This document shows positions 35,900 to 47,771 of a stretch of 64,000 nucleotides of DNA, one piece after another. The notes below the pieces were generated by a model. It was not told the DNA's origin and did not search any database. It saw only the letters and a list, made by a program, of their open reading frames with translations. The DNA is from Macrostomum lignano. Its lineage: Eukaryota. Position 1 is the first letter of the stretch, and each line of letters opens with the position of its first letter. The DNA lies in contig NIVC01002640.1 in NCBI GenBank assembly GCA_002269645.1, positions 89,761-153,760 on the forward strand. The letters run 5' to 3'. The translations under genes and the position numbers were made by a program.

Positions 35900-36250
35900 G
35901 TTTCATTTTGTTTGGCATGACACTTCTTTTATGTTTGAAATGGTGTCTCTTTTTTGTTTAAAAAAGTGGCTTTTTAATGTTTGACATGGTAGCTCTTTTG
36001 TGTTTGACATGATAGCTCTTTAATGTTGGACGTGGTGGCCCTTTTGTGTTTGACATGGTAGCTCTTTAATGTTTGACATGGTGGCTCTTCTATGTTTGCC
36101 ATGGCGGCCCTTTTACGTTTGAAATGGTGTCTCTGTTATGTTTGACATGGTGGCTTAGTTGTTTGACATGGTGGCTCTTCTATGTTTGACATGGTGGCTC
36201 TTCTATGTTTGACATGGCGGCCCTTTTACATTTGAAATTGTGTCTTTTTA
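35900..36250. repeat. About 21-23-bp minisatellite (TTTGACATGGTGGCTCTTTTATG), left portion
   Basis: Same unit as 42816-44280. Confidence 0.88.
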
Positions 36251-36479
36251 TATTGGGCACAAGCTGTTGAAACCCGCGGATTTTGAACCCGGGGAATTTC
36301 AATCCCTGGAACTATTTTGCATGTACTCATATTCTAAAATCTGAGGTCAAACTCAAACAAAAACTCGTTAATAGTTAGGTAAGAATTAAACATAAAATAG
36401 AGTACATTCGTAAAAAATTAGGATTTGAGGCAAACATTTATATTGTTGGCTGGGGTGCTCCGAACAGGCAAACTCTGGC

Positions 36480-37900
36480 CTCTGCCTCTCCTTATGTCCC
36501 TTGGATCCTTAGAAACTTTGACCTTCTCTTCTGTTTCCTCTCCTCTCTCTCGTCTCTGTCTCTTCTCTCTCTCTCCTCTATCCCCTATTCTCTCGTCTAT
36601 TCTCTCTCCCTTCTATTCTTTTATCCCTCCTCTCTACTCTCTCCTCTCTCTCCTCTCATCTCTTCTCTTCTTTCCTCTCTCCTCTCTCCTCTCTTCTATC
36701 GTCTCTTCCCTCACCTCTCTTCTCTCTCGTCTTTGCTCTCTTATCTATCTCTTCTTTCTCTTCTTTTATCTTTTCTCTCTTCTCTTTTCTCATTCTTTCT
36801 GCATGTTCTCTCCTCTCTCTTTCCCTCTCTCTCTCCTCTCTCTCTCCTCTTATCTCTCTGCTCTCTCCTGTCCCATATCTCTTTCTCCTCTAATCTCTCC
36901 CCTGTTTCATCTCCTCTCTCGTCCTTTCTACTCTTTCCCCTGTCCTCTCGTTTCTCTCCCCTCCCCTCCTCTCTCCTCACTCACTTCTCTCTCCCTTTGT
37001 CTTACCTCTCATCTCTTATTTCTATCCTTTTTTCTCTCCACTCTCCCATCTCTCGTCTGTTCACTCTCGTCTCTGGTCTCTCATCTCCCCTCTCTCATCT
37101 GCCATCTTTACTCTCTTATACTCGTATGTTTTCTCACCTCTCTCATCTGTACTCTTCTTTTTCCCCTCTTTTGACTCCTCTCTTTCCTTCTCCTTTTTCC
37201 CTTCTCTTCTCTTCCCTCTTCTATTCTCTCCCTCTCTTGTCTTCTCTCTTCTCTCTTCGCTCTCCTCTCTCCTCTCATATATCGCGTTCACTCTCATCTT
37301 TGCTCTCTACCCCCTCTCTCTTCTGTCATCTTTACTCTCCACTCTCCTGTGTACTCTTCTCTTTCCCCTCTACTGAATCCTCTCTTCTTACTCCTCTTCT
37401 CTTCCCTCTTCTATACTCTTCTCTTGTCTCTTTGCACTCTGCTCTCTCTTCCTTCATCTCTCATCTCTACTCTCTCGTCTCCACAATCTCATCTCTTTCC
37501 TCTCTCCTCTTCTTCCCTTTACTCTATCATCTCTCCTTTCTCCTCTCTTCTTTCTCAACTCTCTCTCTCTCTCATCTCTTATCTCCTCTCTTCTCACTCC
37601 TCTCTCCCTCTCTCTCCCCTCCTATCTCCTCTCTGTTCTCTATTCTCTTCTCACTCTTCTCTACTCTCCTCTCTCATCGATCCTCTGTCTCATCTCTCCC
37701 CTCTTCTCTCTTCCTCTTCTCACCTCTACTCTTTCCTCTCCCTCCTGTCTCCCCTCCTCTCGCTTCCTCCTCCCATATTCTCTGCTCTCTCCTCGTCCTC
37801 ACCCCACTCGTCTTTCCTGTTATCTTATATCTTTTCTCTTACCCCCTCTCACCCTTCCTCTCTTTCTAATAGTCTATTCCTTTTCTTTTTTACTCTCATC
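36480..37900. repeat. CT-rich low-complexity tract
   Basis: Direct reading; the Ser/Leu-rich ORFs here are artefacts. Confidence 0.93.
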
Positions 37901-38399
37901 TGGCCCGCAACCATGAGCTGGATTCTTTATCTGGCCTTTGAGTTAAAAATCTACCGATCCCTGCTTTGAAAGCCAGTTTGTGGGACGTCGTACTATCATG
38001 GTTATCATTTCTTATGCTTTAAACACGTCACCTTTCTGGCCAATTAGCAGCCCTGAGAGGAATTTGTGTATCTCCAGCTCCACCACCACAGTCTGCACTC
38101 TGCAGCAGTCTAACAACCAAGGAAATGCGCATTTCTTAGGAGTCATTTAAATTTTAAAGTTACTCTATGCGAAAATTAATGTTAAAAGCTTCATGGTGTA
38201 ACTAATTTAGTAGGATTGCATTGTAATAAGTTATTCATTAATTTTTCGCTATTTTTATAAACCATCCCACATCGCCTTGATTTGCCATCCTTGTTTAACT
38301 GCTGCGACTTGTCTATACAGAGGACAGTAGTTTGAATCTCTCGCTAAACTTTCTCCTCTCCACGCCTCTCCACTCGCGGGGGTACAGAGACGGCTATTA

Positions 38400-39109
38400 A
38401 AAAGTTATTCCAAAACACTGTACATTTGCTATGTACATTCAGTCCTATCGCCTGACCCTTCGTCTGGCTCTGGGGGAATGAGTGAGTGAGTGGCACAAAC
38501 AACAGAAAAAGCAGACAAACTTCACATGCTTACAGTTTCTTTTTCGGTTGAGTTACAGAGTTGAAACTTTACATTTAGATAGAGAATGAGTCAATGAAGA
38601 ATTGTGTCAAGTTTGAAGTCAATCGCTTTACGTGGAGCAAACTTATGGCAGCTGAAAGTTAGTCAATTTTGAAACCCTTATACACATCTGGGCCCAGATC
38701 AGGATCGGGAAAGAGAGGCAGGCGGGCGGAGGTTGGGGTGGTTGCTACGCTGAAAAAAACAGCCTAACTTTAAAAGTGCACAGCACCGCTCAGGATTAAC
38801 TTTGAGACTCGAAATTTTACACAATTGTGCCAAAATAGTTAAAGATTATCTGTGTCAAATTTGAAGAGAATCGGTAGAAGTGGAGCGGCGCTATGGAGGA
38901 TTAAGTGAAAAAATCGCGCATTTTGAGCAGTTTTTTGTACTTTTAGGTAGGAAGACTCAAATTTAGGAAATTAAAAGGTAGCCTAAGACATTCTCCGTAG
39001 TAAGTTTAGGGTGGGTGTAAAGTTTGGTGTAATTTGGTTGAGCGGTTTGGGAGTCCATAGCGAAGTAATTTGTCCACAGACAGACAGAGTTTTGATTTTT
39101 ATAGGTAGA
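38400..39109 (-). mobile_element. Helitron-like element D (5' TCTACCTATAAAAATC at 39109; 3' end not resolved)
   Basis: TC start followed by a (CTGT)n tract and an AACCAAATTACACCAAACTTT-type core like DINE-1/Lep1-type non-autonomous Helitrons; left boundary approximate. Confidence 0.5.
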
Positions 39110-42100
39110 CGAGGCCAACTCCTCCTTCGGAGAAGAAAGGGGAAGAACTCCAATCAGCGGAATTCCATTCCCTGAACTCCATCAGCGGAATCCCATTTTC
39201 CAACACCTCTCCGCGCAACAGAAATCGTCTCCGTGAAACTGAACACTATCGAAATCCTCTCCGTGAAACTGAACACCATCGAAATATTCTCCGCGAAATA
39301 GAAATCCTCTCCGTGAAACTGGACTAAATCGAAATTTCTACGTCAAACAGCCCAGCTCTCAGAATTCATTGGTTAGGGTTAGGGTTAGAGCTACACACAG
39401 CTGCGTGTTGAAAGGCTCCATAAAAACATTGAACCAATTAAATTGCGCAACTTATTTCTCAGGCAGTCAGTATCAGCGTCGGTTAAAGTTAACAAAAAGA
39501 TTGCGCAATCTAAATCAGCCCTCCAATACACAGCAACCGACCCCCTTCCAATACGCAGTGCAGCTAGAAATTGAACCCCCCTACCAACTATTGGGGGGGG
39601 GGGTCGGTCGAACCCCCATTGAACTCCAAAATGAGCAAAATCTTTGCAGAAAGCTAAAAGTATGAAAATCTTTTCTTGAATGCTGTGAATTTAATTTTCA
39701 TATTTAAAGCAAAAAACTTATATCCCCGAACTCATCGCAGCAAGATCTTTCCAGCAATAAAAGTCTCGTCTCTCAAAGTTCAAAACTCGAGCAACAGTTA
39801 GTGTTTGAAACTTTCTGATTTTAAGCATTGAAATATCGAGTGTACGTTCACTGCCTGCTAAAGATGCTCGCAAGTTTATGCATTAAAATGCACTGAATTT
39901 CACTGTGCAAAAAATACACAGGGCTTCCTGTTAAAAAACAGAACACAAATAGTTGCGCAATTGTCTATAAAGTCAGTCAGTGAGCCAGGGTTCAAGTGTA
40001 CACACGCAGCCACTGAGAACGCGACCATCCCCCCACTTGAGAGAAAATACACTGCCAAGATAGAAAAATTTTATGGCGCAATCACTAAAATTGATGCAAA
40101 TTTTCAGCTCCAAGCAGAAAGAGGGGACAATTAAGATTATCAAAGGTCAAGACCGCCATTTTCTGCTTTTTTAGGGATCTTAAAAATTGAAAATGAAAGA
40201 TTAAAATAGCCTAAAGCCATCCTCGGAAAATTTGCAGTTTTCCCATATAAGTTTCAACGCTGAGTTGCAAGTATTCTAGGAGGAGTTATCCAACAAACAC
40301 ACACACACACAGACAAACAACGCACCAACTTTAGTATTAAGACGAGGCCAACTCCTCCTTCGGAGAAGAAAGGGGAAGAACTCCAATCAGCGGAATTCCA
40401 TTCCCTGAACTCCATAAGCGGAATCCCATTTTCCAACACCTCTCCGCGCAACAGAAATCGTCTCCGTGAAACTGAACACTATCGAAATCCTCTCCGTGAA
40501 ACTGAACACCATCGAAATATTCTCCGCGAAATAGAAATCCTCTCCGTGAAACTGGACTAAATCGAAATTTCTACGTCAAATAGCCCAGCTCTCAGAATTC
40601 ATTGGTTAGGGTTAGGGTTAGGGTTGACAGCTGCGTGTTGAAAGGCGCCGTAAAAACATTGAACCAATTAAATTGCGCAACTTATTTCTCAGGCAGTCAG
40701 TATCAGCCTCAGTTAAAGTTAACAAAAAGATTGCGCAATCTAAATCAACCCTCAAATACACAGCAACCGACCCCCCTTCCAATACGCAGTGCAGCTAGAA
40801 ATTGAACTCCCCCCCACCAACTATTGGGGGGTCGGTCGAACCCCCATTGAACTCCAAAATGAGCACAATCTTTGCAGAAAGCTAAAAGTATGAAAATCTT
40901 TTCTTGAATGCTGTGAATTTAATTTTCATATTTAAAGCAAAAAACTTATATCCCCGAACTCATTGCAGCAAGATCTTTCCAGCAATATAAGTCTCTCCTC
41001 TCTAAGTTCAAAACTCGAGCAACAGTTAGTGTTTGAAACTTTCTGATTTTAAGCATTGAAATATCGAGTGTACGTTCACTGCCTGCTAAAGATGCTCGCA
41101 AGTTTATGCATTAAAATGCACTGAATTTCACTGTGCAAAAAATACACAGGGCTTCCTGTTAAAAAACAGAACACAAATAGTTGCGCAATTGTCTATAAAG
41201 TCAGTCAGTGAGCCAGGGTTCAAGTGTACACACGCAGCCACTGAGAACGCGACCATCCCCCCACTTGAGAGAAAATACACTGCCAAGATAGAAAAATTTT
41301 ATGGCGCAATCACTAAAATTGATGCAAATTTTCAGCTCCAAGCAGAAAGAGGGGACAATTAAGATTATCAAAGGTCAAGACCGCCATTTTCTGCTTTTTT
41401 AGGGATCTTAAAAATTGAAAATGAAAGATTAAAATAGCCTAAAGCCATCCTCGGAAAATTTGCAGTTTTCCCATATAAGTTTCAACGCTGACTTGCAAGT
41501 ATTCTAGGAGGAGTTATCCAACAAACACACACACACACAGACAAACAACGCACCAGTTTTAGTATTAACGAGGCCAACTCCTCCTTCGGAGAAGAAAGGG
41601 GAAGAACTCCAATCAGCGGAATTCCATTCCCTGAACTCCATCAGCGGAATCCCATTTTCCAACACCTCTCCGCGCAACAGAAATCGTCTCCGTGAAACTG
41701 AACACTATCGAAATCCTCTCCGTGAAACTGAACACCATCGAAATATTCTCCGCGAAATAGAAATCCTCTCCGTGAAACTGGACTAAATCGAAATTTCTCC
41801 GTCAAACAGCCCAGCTCTCAGAATTCATTGGTTAGGGTTAGGGTTAGGGTTAGAGCTACACACAGCTGCGTGTTGAAAGGCGCCGTAAAAACATTGAACC
41901 AATTAAATTGCGCAACTTATTTCTCAGGCAGTCAGTATCAGCGTCGGTTAAAGTTAACAAAAAGATTGCGCAATCTAAATCAGCCCTCCAATACACAGCA
42001 ACCGACCCCTTCCAATACGCAGTGCAGCTAGAAATTGAACCCCCCCCCTACTAACTATTGGGGGGGGTGTCGGTCGAACCCCCATTGAACTCCAAAATGA

Positions 42101-42815
42101 GCAAAATCTTTGCAGAAAGCTAAAAGTATGAAAATCTTTTCTTGAATGCTGTGAATTTAATTTTCATATTTAAAGCAAAAAACTTATATCCCCGAACTCA
42201 TCGCAGCAAGATCTTTCCAGCAATATAAGTCTATCCTCTCTAAGTTCAAAACTCGAGCAACAGTTAGTGTTTGAAACTTTCTGATTTTAAGCATTGAAAT
42301 ATCGAGTGTACGTTCACTGCCTGCTAAAGATGCTCGCAAGTTTATGCATTAAAATGCACTGAATTTCACTGTGCAAAAATTACACAGGGATTCCTGTTAA
42401 AAAACAGAACACAAATAGTTGCGCAATTGTCTATAAAGTCAGCCAGTGAGCCAGGGTCCAATTGTACACACGCCGCCAATGAGAACGCGCCCATTCCCCC
42501 ACAGGAGAGAAAATGCACTGGCGACATAGGAAAAAGTTGTGGCGTAATCACTCAAAATTCATGCAAATTTTCAGCTCCGAGCAGAAAAAGGGTACAATTA
42601 AGATTATCAAAGGTCAGAATTGCCGTTTTCTGCTTTTTTAGGGATCTTAAAATGTAAAAATAAAAGATTAAAATAGCCTAAAGCCATCCTCGGAAAATTT
42701 GCAGTTTTCCCACATAAGTTTCAACGCTGACTTGCAAGTATTCTAGGAGGAGTTATCCAACAAACACACACACACACAGACAAACAACGCACCAGTTTTA
42801 GTATTAAGAGAGAGA
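39110..42815 (-). mobile_element. Three head-to-tail copies of a about 1.23-kb non-autonomous Helitron-like unit C (39110-40342, 40343-41568, 41569-42815)
   Basis: Unit repeats at offsets 1233 and 1226. Minus-strand 5' TC...TTAATACTAAA, 3' CTCC-GAA-GGAG hairpin + CTCG; 10-bp subterminal inverted repeat AACTCCTCCT/AGGAGGAGTT; internal (GGTTAG)n and (CA)n tracts. Confidence 0.8.
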
Positions 42816-44280
42816 TAATGGCTCAATAATGTTTTGACATGGTAGCTCTTTTATGTTTGATATGGTGGCTCCCTTATGTGTGACATGGTGTCTTTTTTAT
42901 TTTTAATGTTTGACATGGAGTCATATATGTTTGACATGGAGTCATATATGTTTGACATGGAGTCATATATGTTTGACATGGTGGCTCTTTAATGTTTGAC
43001 ATGGAGTCACGTATATGTTTGACATGGTGGCTCTTTAATGTTTGACATTGAGTCACGTATATGTTTCACATGATGGCTCTTTTATGTTTGACATGATGGC
43101 TCTTTTATGTTTGACATGGTAGCTCTTTTATATTTTACATGGTGGCTCTTTTATGTTCGACATGGCTGATCTTGAATGTTTGACATGGTGGCTCTTTAAT
43201 GTTTGACATGGTGGCTCTTTAATGTTTGACATGGTGGCTCTTTTATGTTTGACATGGTGGCTCCTTAATGTTGAACATGGTGGCTCTTTAATGTTCGACA
43301 TGGTGGCTCTTTTATGTTTGACATGATGGCTCTTTTATGTTTGACATGGTAGATCTTTTATGTTTGACATGGTGGCTCTTAAATGTTTGAAATGTTGTCT
43401 CTGTTATGTTCGACATGGTGTCTCTTGAATGTTTGACATGGTGGCTCTTTAATGTTTGACATGGTGGCTCTTTTATGTTCGACATGGTGGCTCTTTTATG
43501 CTCGACATGGTGGCTCTTTAATGTTTGACATGGTGGCTCTTTAATGTTCAACATGGTGGCTATTTTATGCTCGACATGGTGGCTCTTTTATGTTTGACAT
43601 GGTGGCTCTTAAATGTTTGAAATGTTGTCTCTGTTATGTTCGACATGGTTTCTCTTGAATGTTTGACATGGTGGCTCTTTAATGTTTGACATGGTGGCTC
43701 TTTTATGTTTGACATGGTGGCTCTTTTATGCTCGACATGGTGGCTCTTTTATGTTTGACATGGTGGCTCTTAAATGTTTGAAATGTTGTCTCTGTTATGT
43801 TCGACATGGTGGCTCTTTTATGTTTGACATGGTAGCTCTTTTATATTTTACTTGGTGGCTCTTTAATGTTTGACATGGTGGCTCTTCAATGTTCAACATG
43901 GTGGCTCTTTAATGTTCGACATGGTGGCTCTTTAATGTTTGACATGATGGCTCTTTTATGTTTGAAATGTTGTCTCTGTTATGTTTGACATAGTGGCTCT
44001 TTAATGTTCGACATGGTGGCTCTTTTATGTTTGACATGATGGCTCTTTTATGTTTGAAATGTTGTCTCTGTTATGTTCGACATGGTGGCTCTTTAATGTT
44101 TGACATGGTGGCTCTTTAATGTTTGACATTGAGTCACGTATATGTTTCACATGGTGGCTCTTTTATGTTTGAAATGGTGGCTCTTTTATGTTTGACATGG
44201 TGTCTCTTCTGTGTTCTACATGGTGGCACTTTTTTTTGTTTGGCATGGTGGCTCTTTTATATTTGACATTGCGCTTCTTT
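42816..44280. repeat. About 21-23-bp minisatellite (TTTGACATGGTGGCTCTTTTATG), main portion, inside Helitron B
   Basis: Direct reading. Confidence 0.96.
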
Positions 44281-44337
44281 TATGTTTAGCATTTTGTGTT
44301 TTAAAGTGTTTTAATAAAAAAATGTTTTTGCACTACT

Positions 44338-44395
44338 AAGATTCGAACCCAGGTCGCTACATTAGCAGTCCAGTCTGTTCCCATCTTGGCTATCT
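44338..44395 (-). pseudogene. tRNA-like (Ser-GCT-derived) Pol III promoter-like sequence inside Helitron B; diverged counterpart at about 34372-34426 in Helitron A
   Basis: TAGCCAAGATGG (A box), GGACTGCTAAT (as in the tRNA-Ser-GCT anticodon arm) and GGTTCGAATC (B box); no convincing acceptor stem or long variable arm. Confidence 0.55.
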
Positions 44396-45658
44396 CTTTT
44401 CAATTGGAGAACATGTATTGTGGCCCTTATAATTCAATTCTTATAGCAAGTCAGTTAGAGTAAAAAGTTATGACATAATCAATTTCTCAGTCAGCCAGTA
44501 TCAGTCTCAATTCAAGTTAGCAATATGGTTACGCAATTACAATCAAGTCTTGTGTGCATTTTTTCGACACTGTTTTCATCTTGTTGTGATGCAATCTTTA
44601 TCACAATTGAAATTCAGTCAGTCAGTTTTTTCTTTCGCATTTTTACAATTCATTTCAGGTCGAAAGAGCTGCTTGACCTTTGCAAAAAAGCATGTTTTTC
44701 GAATATTTAATCCCTTTAAAATTGAGCAATTTCTTAGCCAAGATGCATGTACCGTCCCAGGAAAATTTCTGATCAAATGGTGCAAGTTTGAAGAAAATCG
44801 GTTGAGCCACTTTTTCTGAAATCTATCGCATAGCTAGATAGTTACAGACATTTCATTTTTAGTATATATGATTTAGCTCACAGACTAGATTTTGGCGCCA
44901 ATTCAGCGCCAGACCTAGATTTTCTCCTGGAAGCATAACCCACAATTTTCATCGCAAGGGGGCAACAGACCCACCTTAACCCCATCGGACAGACTCCTGC
45001 ATTTGTAGCTACTACGAGTACGTAATAGTTTCAGGGGGGGGGGAATTGTCCCCTCTGCCCTCTCCCTGTGCCGCAGTCTCTGAAGACTTGAACTCCTCTC
45101 AGTTTGCAGTTTGGCCTCCTCTCCAGATGTCTAGGTCTAAGAGCTCCGTGGCTCCAATGCCCCCGCCAAGAAGTGCCGCTCGCTCGTAAATTGCCAAGAC
45201 AAAGCCAGCCCCCCTTGAGCCTCTCGAACTCTGCGCTCCGCACGTTCGTCAATGCCAGAGTTGAAAAAAATTTTATGTGGCTACATGCCCGTTGTTGACT
45301 TTAATTTACGACCACAGCGAGTACCAACTTTTTTCTCTCTTCTTCTGATGGGGGGGGGGGGTTGGCGTACCATCTCATCGGGCAATGTCGGCCTGCGGGG
45401 AACCTGGGGATTTTTTTACCACTGCTTTGGGTTTAACAGCTTCTCAGCCGACACACCTGGCCTGCTCTGCGATGCGTGACAGTAATATTGGGGGGGGGCA
45501 ATAGAAATTCAAGCTTGAAAAAAGACAATCGAAAATATGTTTAATATAGATGTGAAACAATATACCAGCTGTCTTTTGTAGCCTATTGTTTGGAATAAAA
45601 TAAATCACTCATCTATAAGATGATGAGCATATCTAAATTAAAGTGTAAAACAGAGATC

Positions 45659-46020
45659 AGTGACCTTCATTTGGACGCCGCCATTCCCTAAGTGACCTTC
45701 AGTTGGGAAACACCACTCCCTCAGTGACCTTCAGTTGGGAAACACCACTCCCTCAGTGACCTTCAGTTGGGAAACACCACTCCCTCAGTGACCTTCAGTT
45801 GGGAAACACCACTCCCTCAGTGACCTTCATTTGGACGCCGCCATTCCCTCAGTGACCTTCAGTTGGGAAACACCACTCCCCCAGTGACCTTCAGTTGGGA
45901 AACACCACTCCCTCAGTGACCTTCATTTGGGAAACACCACTCCCCCAGTGACCTTCAGTTGGGAAACACCACTCCCTCAGTGACCTTCAGTTGGGAAACA
46001 CCACTCCCTCAGTGACCTCA
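45659..46020. repeat. 32-bp minisatellite (CAGTGACCTTCAGTTGGGAAACACCACTCCCT)
   Basis: Direct reading, about 11 copies. Confidence 0.95.
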
Positions 46021-47210
46021 GTGAAGCTTTTCTTCTCTTTTTTCTGCTCCTTTCTGGCAGCAATGCTTCACTATTGCGTTGAATTAATTATCTACGAGCG
46101 TAATAAGACCCTTGTCTCTGCCTGATTTTAAGTGCATTTTAATTTCTTATATTAAATCTCCAGCAGTCTTTCTCCTTTCTTGTAGTTGTTTTTTTGTCCA
46201 AAATTTCTGCTAGGCACCGGATGTAGCCTCATTTCTCCCTGTATCCGACTCTCGCTTCCCCCGAGTCCCCAACCCTCCTATTTAAGGCAAATTTATGCGA
46301 GTGCCGAATCCGCTGGCGCATACCGCCAGGCTCTCGGCGGAGGCGCATTTCCCTCTTGGAAGGGGGGGCACAGCGCTGCAGACGGGTGATCTACGCGTGT
46401 GGGATCCCCTGCGAGACAGCGGCAGCGAGAAGGAAATGAAGGGAAGAAAGGCGCGTCTCATATCCTGATGGGAAAGAAACTGAAGGTGCTCTGCAGCTCT
46501 TAAATCTTTGTCTTGGGGAAGCCTCTTGAAGCCTGAAATCCCAAACGAATGAAGTATTCGTGTCTGAATCAGTCCGATTTCTGATGAATTTGAGGCTTTC
46601 ATGGCTAAAAACGTTTCTACTGAAGTTTCTACTTGAAGTAGCACTCGAGAGACATAGTCTAAGTTGATCCGATAAAAGCTAACAGCATGCATGCAGTCAG
46701 GCAGGCAGGTGCAAGAGTATGCAAAGATAAAGACCTGCAGATTGATAAGGCTGACTAAACTATAATTGAGCCGATCTTGTTTGCAGCTCATATTCATACA
46801 TTTTATAGCATTACACTGGAAGCCGCTATAAGGTTTGATAAAGTGCGAGTTCGTCGGATCAGGTAAAATTGCTTCAAACCTATTTGAGAATACCAAGAGT
46901 TTGAATATTCCTCGTGCCCGAGATGAGGACCGGTGGAAAGTCAACTGGCTCCGCGACGGGTCCCAGCAGGACTGCGCGACCCGCTGGAAGGCGGTTCCGG
47001 CGTGAGTGACAATTCCTTTGGATCTAGGAGGACCAATGATTAGTGAATTATTAATTTAGACAGGCTATTTAGTGAAAGATGGGTTGCTGTCTGTTCTCAA
47101 TCTGAATTGATTCCGTCTTTGATCCTCGAAAGCGGCCTTAACTTGTTCCATACTTTCACCAGTACGCATCAAATCCGAAATCCAAGCAATTAACAATCCC
47201 CTTTTTGCAG

Positions 47211-47659
47211 GATCCGGTTTCTTTTCCACCCGGATGTTCCCGACCAGACAGAGAACGGTAGCAGCGACAGCCGGATCAGCAGCTGTCGGCGGGCCGGAGA
47301 CCGAAAGAGATCCGAAGGTGTCCCAGCAAAATCTAGCAGTTCCCTTCTCACTGCTGTTCATGACACTTTCAGCTGGAGGTCTGGCTGCGTGCATCATCTA
47401 CGCCAGGCACTTGGCGGCCATCATAGCTGCTCTCGGCCTATTGTTTGCCACCTCTATGCTGAGCTTCTTCTCGTTGATTATCAAGAAGATTTTAATGAAA
47501 GTCAAGGAAGAAAGAAGTCAGCAACAGCAGCGAAATTTACAGAGTGTGGAGTTAGGGAATCAGCCACAGTCCTCATCGTCATCACCACAGACACCGCTAC
47601 CAGCACCATCTCCCTATTCATCGGTAGATGAACTTGATCGTGGGGAGGATTTGCATTAG
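47211..47659 (+). CDS. Possible terminal exon encoding a small two-TM protein of unknown function
   Basis: Acceptor CTTTTTGCAG| at 47210 and candidate upstream donor C|GTGAGT at 47001/47002, in frame with an ATG at 46923; two hydrophobic helices (VPFSLLFMTLSAGGLAACIIY, LAAIIAALGLLFATSMLSFFSLII). No family recognised. Confidence 0.35.
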
Positions 47660-47771
47660 TGAGCCCAGAAGTTTTCATAGAAATGATAAAGCAACAAAAA
47701 CTTGATATTTTGTAAATATTTTTTTCCAACTAACATTTTAATGACTCGCGATCGCAATACTGTGCTGCAGC

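Larger units (their letters stand above)
34923..44871 (-). mobile_element. Non-autonomous Helitron B (composite; 5' TC at 44871, 3' hairpin + CTAG at 34923) carrying nested insertions
   Basis: Minus strand A|TCATATATACTAAAA start and GCCCCCCCATCGGGGGGC-AAAGATTG-CTAG end. Its 5' about 550 bp is homologous to that of Helitron A; its TTTGACATGGTGGCTC minisatellite is split by a nested block of about 6.5 kb. Confidence 0.72.

Noticed and set aside
36425-37969. Ser/Leu-rich ORFs of 249-378 aa that look transmembrane
   Set aside because: They translate CT low-complexity sequence and start at non-ATG codons.
36260-37975. Possible hAT MITE around the CT-rich tract (right end ...CTGGCCCGC...GATCCCTG)
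   Set aside because: I could not find a matching left TIR or an 8-bp TSD.
46282-46944. 220-aa minus-strand ORF
   Set aside because: Non-ATG start, no motif, and plus-strand splice signals argue for the other strand if anything is coding.
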